Shown here: positions 8,485-18,073 of the stretch, in pieces
Position numbering within the stretch: position 1 is the stretch's first letter
Layout: each line of letters starts with the position of its first letter
Origin: an uncultured Candidatus Saccharibacteria bacterium
Lineage (GTDB): Bacteria > Patescibacteriota > Minisyncoccia > Phycocordibacterales > UBA9973
Length of the DNA: 64,000 bases
Direction: 5' to 3'
Assembly: GCA_964456475.1 (NCBI GenBank)
Contig: CAYVZI010000007.1
Location: 294 to 64,293, forward strand
Position numbers and translations under genes: made by a program
Notes under the pieces: generated by a model
What the model saw: the letters and a program-made list of their open reading frames with translations, nothing else
What the model was told of the DNA's origin: nothing
The model's database searches: none

Positions 8485-10698
8485 TCAGCTTTTATTTTTC
8501 TCTATTTTATCTGGTCTATGGTTAGGGCATTTTGTATTCGAACATCTCTCTGGGATTGTTTTGGTACCCAGCATCATTAAAGAATTACACATTGGACAAA
8601 TGTTTCCGGTAGGTTTTGCTTTGATTGCGTTTTTGCAGTCGGGGTAGTTGCTACATGAGTAGAAGATTCCAAAGCGCCCGCGGCGTTCCATCATTTCGCC
8701 TTTTCCGCAGGTTGGGCATTTTACGCCAGTCATTTTCTTTTTCTTTTCTTCCTCGTCTTCTTTGATGAATTTACATTTTGGATAGCGAGAACAAGAGATG
8801 AACATGCCAAAACGGCCCTCGCGCATCACGAGTTTACCGCCGCCAGATTTACCTTTCTTTTCTCCACAGAGTGGACACATCTCACCAGTTTCTTTTGGCC
8901 CGGCCATTTCTTCGCCGTCAAGTTTGCGAGCACCGACGCATTCTGGATATTTTGAACATGAATAGAATTTTCCGTTGCGAGAAAGTTTGAAGATCATAGC
9001 TTCGCCACACTTTGGACATTTGATGTCGTCCGGTGCAGCGCCAAGATCGGTCGCCTTTGCGAGCTTATCCTTCTCTTTTACTTCCTTCAAGAAGGGTCCA
9101 TAAAAATCTTTGAGTGTTTTTACATATTCGCGGTCACCATTTGAAATATCGTCGAGCTTGTCTTCCATCTCGGCGGTGAATGTATCAGAAATATAATTTG
9201 CAAAATGTTCTTCCAAGAAACTCGAAACAACATCACCTGTGTCGGTAGGGTAGAGGGTTCGGCCTTGTTTCGTGACGTACCCACGGTCTTCAAGCGTACT
9301 CATGATGGATGCGTACGTAGACGGACGACCGATACCACGCTCTTCAAGAGCTTTGACGAGTGCTGCTTCAGAATAGCGATTTGGCGGCTCAGTCGCTTTT
9401 TCAGTGCTTACAAGGTCAAGAAGCTTGAGTGTTTCTCCAGCCGTAACTTTTGGAAGTTCTACATCTTCACCGCGCGCATCAGAATCAACTTTGAGCCAAC
9501 CAGGGAAAAGCACACGTGATCCATTGGCGGTAAAGTCGGGGATGTCATCGTGACCGACAACGTTCGCGATAAGCTTTGTCTTGAGCAATTTTGCGTCGGT
9601 CATTTGCGAAGACACGGCACGCTCCCAAATAAGTTTGTAGAGTGCTTTTTGTTCTTCGTTCATTCCTGCGGAAAGTTTGTCGACATGTGTCGGACGAATA
9701 CCTTCGTGAGCTTCCTGAGCATTTTTTGATTTTGTTTTGTAGCTGTGCGCTTCAGCGTATTCTTTACCGTACTTTTTTTCTACGAGCTCGAGGATTTGTG
9801 CTTGGGCTACAGCCGATAGATTCGTGCTGTCAGTACGCATGTAGGTGATGTGACCGGCTTCATACAATTTTTGTGCGACTTGCATCGTGCGCTTTGGCGA
9901 AAAACCAAGACGAGTACTTGCAGTCTGCTGAATTGATGAAGTCGTAAAAGGAGCACGTGGTGAACGCTTTTGTTCTGATTCTTTTACATCCGAGACAATC
10001 CATGGATTTGCCTTTCCGACCGTGAGGATTTTTTCTACGATTTTTTCATCGCGAGGTTCTTCAACACAAGAAAGTTTGATTTCAACTTTTGCTTTTGTTT
10101 CAAACAGTCCTTCGAGAGCCCAGTATTTTTCAGGAATGAATGCGCGAATTTCACGTTCGCGTTCCATGAGAATGCGAAGCGCAGGGGATTGTACTCGTCC
10201 AGCAGAAAGTCCGTAACGAACCTTTTTCCAGATTACGCCGGAGAGGTCGTAACCCACCAGTCGGTCGAGTACGCGTCGTGCTTCTTGAGCCTTCACGAGC
10301 TTCTCATCGATTTCACGAGGTTCTTTGAGTGCTTCTTCTACAGCTTCTTTGGTGATTTCATGGAAGGCCGCACGCATGATTTTTGCCTTCACTTTTTTGT
10401 CAGCTTTGAGGAGTTCTTTGAGGTGCCATGAAATTGCTTCTCCTTCGCGGTCCGGGTCGGTTGCGAGAATGATTTCTTTGGCTTGTTCGGCAAGGGCGGT
10501 GAGTTCGTGAACGACTTTTTCTTTGCCTTTTGAAATTTCGTAATGAGGGACGAATCCAGCTTCGATGTCGATTGCTTTCTTGCTCGACTTTGGAATATCG
10601 CGAATGTGTCCTACAGAGGCACGCACGACATAAGCCCCATCGAGATATTTCTCAATAGTTTTTGCTTTTGATGGTGACTCGACGATAAGTAATTTCAT
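8485..10698 (-). CDS. topA: DNA topoisomerase I with C-terminal Zn ribbons
   Basis: LIVESPSKA, ATDPDREGE, SAGRVQS, ITYMRTDS, GIGRPSTYA. Confidence 0.98.
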   Translation of the reverse strand: MKLLIVESPSKAKTIEKYLDGAYVVRASVGHIRDIPKSSKKAIDIEAGFVPHYEISKGKEKVVHELTALAEQAKEIILATDPDREGEAISWHLKELLKADKKVKAKIMRAAFHEITKEAVEEALKEPREIDEKLVKAQEARRVLDRLVGYDLSGVIWKKVRYGLSAGRVQSPALRILMEREREIRAFIPEKYWALEGLFETKAKVEIKLSCVEEPRDEKIVEKILTVGKANPWIVSDVKESEQKRSPRAPFTTSSIQQTASTRLGFSPKRTMQVAQKLYEAGHITYMRTDSTNLSAVAQAQILELVEKKYGKEYAEAHSYKTKSKNAQEAHEGIRPTHVDKLSAGMNEEQKALYKLIWERAVSSQMTDAKLLKTKLIANVVGHDDIPDFTANGSRVLFPGWLKVDSDARGEDVELPKVTAGETLKLLDLVSTEKATEPPNRYSEAALVKALEERGIGRPSTYASIMSTLEDRGYVTKQGRTLYPTDTGDVVSSFLEEHFANYISDTFTAEMEDKLDDISNGDREYVKTLKDFYGPFLKEVKEKDKLAKATDLGAAPDDIKCPKCGEAMIFKLSRNGKFYSCSKYPECVGARKLDGEEMAGPKETGEMCPLCGEKKGKSGGGKLVMREGRFGMFISCSRYPKCKFIKEDEEEKKKKMTGVKCPTCGKGEMMERRGRFGIFYSCSNYPDCKNAIKAKPTGNICPMCNSLMMLGTKTIPERCSNTKCPNHRPDKIEKNKS

Positions 10699-10791
10699 AA
10701 ATGCAGTATAAAGTATCATGTATAAAGTATCATGTATGAACGCTTAATACCTAATACTTCATACTTTATACTGGGCTACCGTACTACACAT

Positions 10792-11085
10792 TTATTTTTT
10801 ACGCAAATTGGCAAATAAAAAATGCACCGAAATATCGATGCATTTGTGCAATAGTAAACAAGCAGGTGAACGGATGCGCTTAGGCCCCTTTTTCCGATTA
10901 GCAAACCGGTTAAAAATAATCAGGCATAAGCGAGGTATACAATAACATGAACCATACCGGAAGCGTCCAGAAAACGGATAGTTCTCTTGTGTCGAGCTTC
11001 TGAAATATGTTGAAAAATAATCAAGGAATTCGTAAACAATAAGTACTGCAAGTAATAACTGAATAAACGGTATATCAAAATGCAT
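10792..11085 (-). CDS. Hypothetical membrane protein (possibly degraded)
   Basis: Hydrophobic N-terminus; TTGACA..TATGAT promoter upstream on the minus strand. Confidence 0.4.
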   Translation of the reverse strand: MHFDIPFIQLLLAVLIVYEFLDYFSTYFRSSTQENYPFSGRFRYGSCYCIPRLCLIIFNRFANRKKGPKRIRSPACLLLHKCIDISVHFLFANLRKK

Positions 11086-11189
11086 AGTGCGTGATTTGAA
11101 TGCAATCATACTCTCGTAAGTTTATTTGTCAAATTTTTACAGGCCTACACGAGTTGCTTACTATAAATAAAAACGGGTTGATATACATA

Positions 11190-11318
11190 TCAACCCGCTC
11201 GTTTAGATTCTTTTTCTGTTCTTTTAAATTTTTTCCGCCACATGTAATTTGTAATCGTTCCTTCTGTCATAATGACTATTGCAATGAATACTGTAATCAA
11301 TATATATATTTTATTCAT
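11190..11318 (-). CDS. Small single-TM protein (42 aa)
   Basis: MNKIYILITVFIAIVIMTEG...; overlapped and followed by terminator cgggttgatat..atatcaacccgttttt. Confidence 0.4.
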   Translation of the reverse strand: MNKIYILITVFIAIVIMTEGTITNYMWRKKFKRTEKESKRAG

Positions 11319-11352
11319 ATAATGACATTTGTAATGAACAGTACCACTTTTA

Positions 11353-12228
11353 CTATGTGTTCACAACTCTGCGAATTTCTCCAAGTTCTTCTTTTATCAA
11401 TCCTTTGATCTCCATTGCAGAGAGTAGGGAATTGATTTCTTGAATCGGTTTGCCTGATGCGTCTATTATTGTATCTCGAGATTGGGGTTCGACGATGAAT
11501 TCCCATATTTCTTTCTCTTCCTTGGATAGATTTCCAAGTTCGTTTTCCGCTTCGTCAAACAGGCTTTCTTGCTTGAGTCCGAATACTTCAAGAATATCTT
11601 CACTTCGCGTGATTGGTGTCGCGCCTTGCTTGATGAGGAGATTGGTTCCGAGCGAGGTGGGAGAATTGATTGGACCTGGCACGGCGAGGACTTCGCGATT
11701 GTAATCAAGCGCGAGCCGAGCCGTGATGAGCGTTCCGGATTTGTCTGCAGCTTCGATGATGAGTGTGGCATGCGCTATGCCCGCTATAATTCTGTTGCGT
11801 CTTGGAAAACTCCATTGCGTTGCTTTAAACGCTGGTTCAAACTCAGAAACGAGCGACCCACCCGAGGCGAGAATTTCTTTTGCGAGCGAAAGATTGGTGG
11901 CAGGATATAGTGCTCGTTCCGAAAGTCCAGAACCCGGGAAGGCTATCGTTTTGAGCCCTGCCTTCATGGCCGAACGATGGGCGATCGAATCTATTCCGAG
12001 TGCAAGTCCCGATACTATTATTATGTCACTACCTTTGAGGCCACGAATAAGCGAGTCACACACGTCTGCACCATAGTTTGTGTGAGTGCGTGAACCGACC
12101 ACCGACAGGTATAAGCCATTTGGATTAAGCGGTGCGCCTACTATATAGAGCGACGAGGGCGAGTCGGGAATTTCAAGAAGCTGAGGGGGAAAGTCATTCG
12201 GTTCGATTTTCTCGATTCGAAAGTCCAT
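11353..12228 (-). CDS. dprA: DNA-processing protein DprA
   Basis: VVGSR, VSGLALGIDSIAH, FPRRNRIIAG, SGTLITA. Confidence 0.97.
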   Translation of the reverse strand: MDFRIEKIEPNDFPPQLLEIPDSPSSLYIVGAPLNPNGLYLSVVGSRTHTNYGADVCDSLIRGLKGSDIIIVSGLALGIDSIAHRSAMKAGLKTIAFPGSGLSERALYPATNLSLAKEILASGGSLVSEFEPAFKATQWSFPRRNRIIAGIAHATLIIEAADKSGTLITARLALDYNREVLAVPGPINSPTSLGTNLLIKQGATPITRSEDILEVFGLKQESLFDEAENELGNLSKEEKEIWEFIVEPQSRDTIIDASGKPIQEINSLLSAMEIKGLIKEELGEIRRVVNT

Positions 12229-12267
12229 GATTTTGATATTTTACCATTTGTGTTAGGATTTGAATAT

Positions 12268-13527
12268 ATGTTGGACATCAAATTTATTAAAGAAAATCAG
12301 GATATTGTCAAAGACGCTATTCGTAAGAAGCATGTCACGCTTAATCTTGACGATCTTATTACTCTCGACGATTCGCGTCGCGAGCTGCTTCAGGCAGTTG
12401 AGACGCTTCGCGCTGAACAGAAAACCGTATCTGATGGTATGGTTAATGCCGATACTGCTAGACGTGAGGTACTTCTGACACAGTTGCGACCACTCAAAGA
12501 AACACTTCAAGTAAAAGAAGAAGAACTCAAAAAGATTATGGAAGAATGGCGCGAACTCATGCTTCGCGTACCTAACGTGCCAGACATGACAGTACCCGAA
12601 GGTGACAGTGATGCTGACAATCAGGAAATTCGTGTGTGGGGAGAGAAGACCAATTTTGATTTTGAACCAAAGGATCACGTTGAAATTATGAACGCTCTCA
12701 AGATGGTGGATTTTGAGCGTGGAGCAAAGGTACACGGTTTTCGCGGATACTTTCTTACTGGCGACGGCGTAATGCTTTGTTTTGCAATTTGGAATTATGC
12801 ACTCAAGTTTTTTGGAGATCGAGGGTTTGTTCCTGTGATCCCACCAATGATTGTACGCAAGCAAAATCTCTACGGTACCGGACATTTGCCTGGCGATGTG
12901 GAAGACTATTATATGACACAAGATGGAGATGCTCTTGTTGGAACATCTGAAGTCCCGGTTATGGGCATGCATGCTGATGAGGTTCTTGCTAAAGATCAAT
13001 TCCCAATAAAGTATCTTGGATTTTCTCCTTGTTACCGCCGTGAAGCTGGAAGCTATTCAAAAGATGTGAAAGGCCTTATCCGCGTGCATGAATTTTATAA
13101 ATTTGAGCAAGTGATTTTGACAGAAGCTTCACACGAAAAGTCTGTGGCCTATCACGAAGAGCTCGTACGAAATACTGAAGAGTTTATTCAGTCACTCGGA
13201 ATTCCGTATCACGTAGTCGTGAACTGTGGTGGAGATCTTGGTTTGGGTCAGGTGAAGAAGTACGATATCGAACTTTGGGTTCCAAAGGAAGAAAAATATC
13301 GAGAGATTGCATCAGCATCGTATTTCCATGATTTTCAAACTCGACGATTCAACACACGATACAGAGATGAAGAGGGTAAAATGTACTACGCTCACTCCCT
13401 CAACAATACGGCGATTCCAACTCCACGCATACTTGTATCATTGATTGAAAACTATCAAGAAGCAGATGGACGCATCCGAATTCCGGAAGTACTTAAGCAG
13501 TACATGGGCAAAGATTACATCGGATAG
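12268..13527 (+). CDS. serS: Serine--tRNA ligase
   Basis: MLDIKFI, GTSEVP, YRREAGS, RVHEFYKFEQ, HSLNNT. Confidence 0.98.
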   Translation: MLDIKFIKENQDIVKDAIRKKHVTLNLDDLITLDDSRRELLQAVETLRAEQKTVSDGMVNADTARREVLLTQLRPLKETLQVKEEELKKIMEEWRELMLRVPNVPDMTVPEGDSDADNQEIRVWGEKTNFDFEPKDHVEIMNALKMVDFERGAKVHGFRGYFLTGDGVMLCFAIWNYALKFFGDRGFVPVIPPMIVRKQNLYGTGHLPGDVEDYYMTQDGDALVGTSEVPVMGMHADEVLAKDQFPIKYLGFSPCYRREAGSYSKDVKGLIRVHEFYKFEQVILTEASHEKSVAYHEELVRNTEEFIQSLGIPYHVVVNCGGDLGLGQVKKYDIELWVPKEEKYREIASASYFHDFQTRRFNTRYRDEEGKMYYAHSLNNTAIPTPRILVSLIENYQEADGRIRIPEVLKQYMGKDYIG

Positions 13528-13586
13528 TCTAGTGTTCAGTATTCATACTGTATACCGTATACTAAATACTGTATACTTATTTCACT

Positions 13587-14534
13587 ATGCGTCGCGAAGA
13601 AAATTCTTCTCTCAAAAAAGCAATACAAGATTCACCGAAACTGCAAGAGCTTCGGGCAAAACGAATTTCTACTCGACGACGACTCAGTATTCTTTTTGGT
13701 GTATTTTTTCTCACACTCCTCGGTGCCTTTATTTTCTTTGTGCATTTACCGAAATATCACCTATCAAATATTGTTGTAATAGGAAATCAAATTATCGGTA
13801 CAGATGAAATTGTTGATGAAGTAAACTCAATTATCTCGGGCAATAAATTATATGTGATTCCATACAAGAATGCTTTTTTTTATCCGAAAGCTAGGATTAT
13901 AGAATCTCTCACTCAAAAATATCCCAAATTGAATACAATAGATGTGTATCGTATCGGATATACAAAAATGGTCGTGTCGGTTACAGAGAGGAGAGGGTAT
14001 GCGCTTTGGTGCGGGCAAAATGCTTTAGTAAATGAAGAAGGAGAAGTCTGTTATTTTACTGACAACACAGGAAAAATAATTTCACTCGCTCCATATTTTT
14101 CTGGGAATGTATACCCACGTTTTTTTGGCCTAAGCAATACTGCAAGTATTGCCGGCCGAACCGATAATTCGGTTTTAGGCAAATCGATTTCCTCGATTGA
14201 GTCCGAGCCACTCGGCAAACATTTTATTGACGAATCGCAATTCCAGAATCTATTGGCATTTCAAAAACGATTCAACGATTTTGGTTTTCAAGTAAAATCA
14301 ATTAATTTGGTTTCTGATACTGAGTATCAATTGGTGCTTGATCTCGGGAGTCAAAAGACTGCAAATGTCCGCTTTTTGAACAACGCAGACTATAAACTAC
14401 TTGCCAACAATCTCGCTGTGGCAATGAGCAAGAAGGAATTTGCAGATAAGCTATCGAAGAATCGGGCTAATCTCGAGTATTTTGATCTGCGCTTTACAAA
14501 CAAAGTCTACTACAAATTTTCAGAACATCCATAA
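13587..14534 (+). CDS. FtsQ/DivIB-like cell division protein
   Basis: N-terminal TM, POTRA-like segment, C-terminal YFDLRFTNKVYYK. Confidence 0.75.
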   Translation: MRREENSSLKKAIQDSPKLQELRAKRISTRRRLSILFGVFFLTLLGAFIFFVHLPKYHLSNIVVIGNQIIGTDEIVDEVNSIISGNKLYVIPYKNAFFYPKARIIESLTQKYPKLNTIDVYRIGYTKMVVSVTERRGYALWCGQNALVNEEGEVCYFTDNTGKIISLAPYFSGNVYPRFFGLSNTASIAGRTDNSVLGKSISSIESEPLGKHFIDESQFQNLLAFQKRFNDFGFQVKSINLVSDTEYQLVLDLGSQKTANVRFLNNADYKLLANNLAVAMSKKEFADKLSKNRANLEYFDLRFTNKVYYKFSEHP

Positions 14535-14646
14535 CAGACGCATTTCCGCGTTACTGCGCTCGACTCACTTCTGCAACGTACGTCAAAGTACGTCTTGGTC
14601 ATAAGCCGAGCTTGCGCCTTGAACTGCATTCTGTTATGAATGTTCT
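14522..14646. mobile_element. ERIC/IRU-like MITE (~125 bp)
   Basis: Terminal IR agaacatccataacag/ctgttatgaatgttct, internal GCGTT...GCCTT, central acgtac..gtacgt. Confidence 0.6.
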
Positions 14647-14655
14647 ATACAACCT

Positions 14656-15627
14656 ATGAATTTCTGGCAAAAACTTCCAAAACCATTCTTCGTCCTTGCA
14701 CCGATGGCTGACGTTACCGACGCTTCTTTTCGTCGTATCATTGCCAAGTATTCACGGCATGGAGAGGTGAATGGTACCCCCGACGTATTCTGGACCGAAT
14801 TCGTTTCGGCTGATGGTCTTATGAGTCCTGGACGCGAAGTGCTTCGTCACGACCTTGGATTCACTGAGGCAGAGCATCCAATCGTTGCGCAACTCTTTGG
14901 GTCACATCCCGACAAGATGGAAGGTGCGGCACGACTCTGTGCTGAACTTGGGTTTGATGGCATAGATATCAACATGGGCTGTCCTGACAAATCGATTGAG
15001 AAACAGGGCGCCGGTGCTTGCATGATGAAAAATCCGGAAAGTGCAAAAGAGATCATTCGCGCCGCGAAACGCGGCGCTCCAAATCTTCCTGTATCAGTGA
15101 AAACGCGCATCGGCTACAACAAAAACGAAATTGCAACGTGGATTCCGGCATTACTTGAAGAAGATATTGCTGCACTCACGATTCATTGCCGTACTCGAAA
15201 AGAAATGAGTAAGGTTCCAGCACGTTGGGAACACGTGAAGGAAGTGGTAGAACTTCGTGACAAGCTCGGATCAAAAACACTCATTCTTGGAAATGGCGAT
15301 GTAAAAGACATTGCCGATGCAAAGCAAAAAGTGGTCGAAACTGGCTGTGATGGAGTAATGCTTGGACGAGCCATCTTCGGCAATCCATGGCTCTTCGATC
15401 AGTCTCGTACAGAAATTCCACTAGAAGAAAAATTGCAGGTGATGGTGGAGCATACGAAGCTCTATGAAGAATTGCTCGGTGGAATCAAAAGCTTCTCAAT
15501 TATGAAGAAGCACTACAAAGCATATGTGAACAATTTTCCCGGCGCAACAGAACTCCGGGCCGAGCTCATGTTGTGTGAAGACGCAAAAAGCGTTGAAAAA
15601 ATAGTTCAAGAATTTTTGAAAAAATAA
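14656..15627 (+). CDS. tRNA-dihydrouridine synthase
   Basis: LAPMADVTD, DINMGCP, SVKTRIG, GNGDV, DGVMLGR. Confidence 0.95.
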   Translation: MNFWQKLPKPFFVLAPMADVTDASFRRIIAKYSRHGEVNGTPDVFWTEFVSADGLMSPGREVLRHDLGFTEAEHPIVAQLFGSHPDKMEGAARLCAELGFDGIDINMGCPDKSIEKQGAGACMMKNPESAKEIIRAAKRGAPNLPVSVKTRIGYNKNEIATWIPALLEEDIAALTIHCRTRKEMSKVPARWEHVKEVVELRDKLGSKTLILGNGDVKDIADAKQKVVETGCDGVMLGRAIFGNPWLFDQSRTEIPLEEKLQVMVEHTKLYEELLGGIKSFSIMKKHYKAYVNNFPGATELRAELMLCEDAKSVEKIVQEFLKK

Positions 15628-15675
15628 AAAAATCCGTATCGATATGATACGGATAATGTGTTTGTTTTTTTGTTG

Positions 15676-16095
15676 TTACGGGTTTTGAATACCCAATCTT
15701 TTTTTCATAATATCGACTGTCAGTTGAATGGTTTCTTTTGCCAGTGGTGCAATCAGATAGTGTTCAACCTGATTGTGAACTTGAGCTTTCTTCATGTCAT
15801 TTCTATTAATGCCTGGTGTTACAAGCATTAAACGCATGCTTTGTTTAATGTTAGTTTCCATTTTTTCCACCTCATCCGCGAAAATGAAACCGTCGATTGG
15901 ATTCATGGGAATGTGGACATATAAAATTGTGATTTGACCGTCAACAACCGGTTTTTTTTGTAAAAAATTCAACGCCTCTAATGGATCCATGAAGGATTTT
16001 TTATCAGCGGTGGGGTAGGTTTTTTCAATTACCCTTTCGGTTAGTTTATTGTGAATGGCATCATTGCTCACCACAACGAAGTCTATTTTGCTCAT
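15676..16095 (-). CDS. Degenerate CheY-like receiver domain protein
   Basis: Receiver-like pattern with phospho-Asp and Lys apparently substituted. Confidence 0.6.
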   Translation of the reverse strand: MSKIDFVVVSNDAIHNKLTERVIEKTYPTADKKSFMDPLEALNFLQKKPVVDGQITILYVHIPMNPIDGFIFADEVEKMETNIKQSMRLMLVTPGINRNDMKKAQVHNQVEHYLIAPLAKETIQLTVDIMKKRLGIQNP

Positions 16096-16179
16096 AAATA
16101 ATATTTTTTCTCATACTACGATTAATAAGATACTTTGTCAAAAATTACAGAATGAAATTTTCTGTTATAATCGCTCTGT

Positions 16180-17217
16180 ATGGAACACACATCTCTCTAT
16201 CGCAAGTACCGTCCCGAAGCGTTTGCCGACCTTGTAGGGCAGGAGCATATTGTAGCTGCGCTCGAAGGTGCACTCAAGGCCGACAAGATTGCACACGCAT
16301 ATCTCTTCTGCGGAAGTCGCGGAACGGGCAAGACCACCTCAGCTCGCATTGTGGCGCATGCACTCGGCACGAGCCCCAATGATATCTACGAAATCGATGC
16401 CGCTTCCAACAACGGTGTTGATGACATTCGCGAGCTTCGCGAAAATGTTGGCACACTTCCATTCGATTCAAAATACAAGGTATACATTATTGACGAGGTG
16501 CACATGCTTTCCAAAGCTGCGTTCAACGCATTGCTTAAGACTCTGGAAGAGCCACCAGCACATGTTGTGTTTATTCTCTGTACCACTGAGCTCGAAAAAG
16601 TGCCCGACACTATCGTGTCACGTTGTCAGACATTCCTCTTTCGTAAACCTTCACAAATCGTTCTTCGCACACTCATTGAGAAGACTGCAAAAAAGGAAAA
16701 AGTATCACTTGGCGCAGGGGTTTCGGATCTTGTCGCGCTTCTTGCCAATGGTTCATTCCGTGATGCTCTTGGAACATTACAGAAAGTGATTGGTGCGAGT
16801 AATGGCAAAGATGTATCGCTTGAAGACGCATCACGCATCACTGGATCGCCATCACAGACGATAGTGCACGACATTATCGAAGCTGTGGCTCGCGGAGCTC
16901 TTTCAGACGCACTCATAACAGTCGAGAAATCTCGCACCTCAAACATTGCACCGAAATTGTTGCTCGAACTCATACTCCACACATTCCGCCGAATTCTGTT
17001 GCTCAAAGTGGCACCGGCACTTTCAAAAGGGGAGATTGATGGGCTTTCGGATGAAGAAAAAGAATTCATCACACGACTCTCAAAAATGGAATCAATTCAT
17101 ATCAATTCGCAAAGCCTGCTTACATTGCTTGATGCACTATCAATGCAGAAGTATGCGTATATTGATGAGCTTCCACTTGAGCTCGCTCTCATCAAAATTC
17201 TCGGGGATTATAAATAA
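16180..17217 (+). CDS. dnaX: DNA polymerase III subunit gamma/tau
   Basis: LYRKYRP, GSRGTGKTT, EIDAASN, IIDEVHML, LLKTLEEPP, SRC. Confidence 0.98.
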   Translation: MEHTSLYRKYRPEAFADLVGQEHIVAALEGALKADKIAHAYLFCGSRGTGKTTSARIVAHALGTSPNDIYEIDAASNNGVDDIRELRENVGTLPFDSKYKVYIIDEVHMLSKAAFNALLKTLEEPPAHVVFILCTTELEKVPDTIVSRCQTFLFRKPSQIVLRTLIEKTAKKEKVSLGAGVSDLVALLANGSFRDALGTLQKVIGASNGKDVSLEDASRITGSPSQTIVHDIIEAVARGALSDALITVEKSRTSNIAPKLLLELILHTFRRILLLKVAPALSKGEIDGLSDEEKEFITRLSKMESIHINSQSLLTLLDALSMQKYAYIDELPLELALIKILGDYK

Positions 17218-17224
17218 TCCCCAG

Positions 17225-17258
17225 TTCTCTTTTGTGAACGCTCGTTCACAAAAGAGAA
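17225..17258. repeat. Perfect 16-bp inverted repeat (terminator/operator)
   Basis: ttctcttttgtgaacg-ct-cgttcacaaaagagaa. Confidence 0.7.
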
Positions 17259-17283
17259 ATTCCTTGATATAATTATCCAAGGA

Positions 17284-17967
17284 ATGATTATAAAAAGTAT
17301 TGAAAAAGAAAAAGCGATTTCTCTTCGCCGAGAAGGCAAAACATATTCAGAAATAATGAAAGTTGTTCCTGTGGCCAAATCAACAATCTCACTTTGGTTA
17401 CGTGAGGTTGGACTTTCTGTTCCTCAACAACATGTTTTGACTGCAAAGAAAATCGCGGCCTCAAAACGAGGCGGTTTGGCAAAAAGAAAGCAACGAATTG
17501 ATAGAACTAGCACTATTTTTGAAGAAGCAAAGGCTGAAATTGGGACTCTTTCTAAGAGGGAATTATTTCTGATAGGAGTTGCTTTGTATTGGGCAGAAGG
17601 ATCAAAGCAAAAAGAACACAATGTGAGTGAGCCGCTTGTATTTGGAAATTCAGACCCAAATATGATAGAGTGCTTCTTGAGATGGTTGAATTTGGTTGGT
17701 GTACAAGACTTAGACGTTTGTTATGAATTATATATTCATAAATCAGGTAACGTTGAAAGAGCCAAGCAATTTTGGGTGAAAATAATAAAACAACCTATTT
17801 CGATTTTTGATAAACGTGTGTATTTTAAAAAAGGCAATCCAAAGACCAAGAGAAAAAATAGTGGAGAAAAATATATTGGCTTGTTGAGAATTAAGGTAAA
17901 ACGAAGTACTGATTTGAATCGAAAAATATTAGGCTGGACACACGGCATAATAAAAAATTGTATTTAA
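17284..17967 (+). CDS. N-terminal HTH + LAGLIDADG-like domain protein (paralog of 1760-2413)
   Basis: LRREGKTYSEI..VAKSTISLW; LYWAEGSK..FGNSDPNMI; ends 3 nt before tRNA-Gln. Confidence 0.75.
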   Translation: MIIKSIEKEKAISLRREGKTYSEIMKVVPVAKSTISLWLREVGLSVPQQHVLTAKKIAASKRGGLAKRKQRIDRTSTIFEEAKAEIGTLSKRELFLIGVALYWAEGSKQKEHNVSEPLVFGNSDPNMIECFLRWLNLVGVQDLDVCYELYIHKSGNVERAKQFWVKIIKQPISIFDKRVYFKKGNPKTKRKNSGEKYIGLLRIKVKRSTDLNRKILGWTHGIIKNCI

Positions 17968-17970
17968 AGC

Positions 17971-18041
17971 TGGGGAATCGTCTAACGGCAGGACTCCTCC
18001 CTTTGAAGGAGGCTATCTTGGTTCGAGTCCAAGTTCCCCAG
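17971..18041 (+). tRNA. tRNA-Gln(TTG)
   Basis: TGGGGAA/TTCCCCA acceptor, CCTCC-CTTTGAA-GGAGG arm, GTTCGAGT. Confidence 0.95.
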
Positions 18042-18073
18042 CTTTGAATAGAATTTGTACCTCAAATTTTTTA

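Noticed and set aside
11190-11192. TGA recoding (genetic code 25)
   Set aside because: Conserved genes are intact under code 11 and several end at TGA
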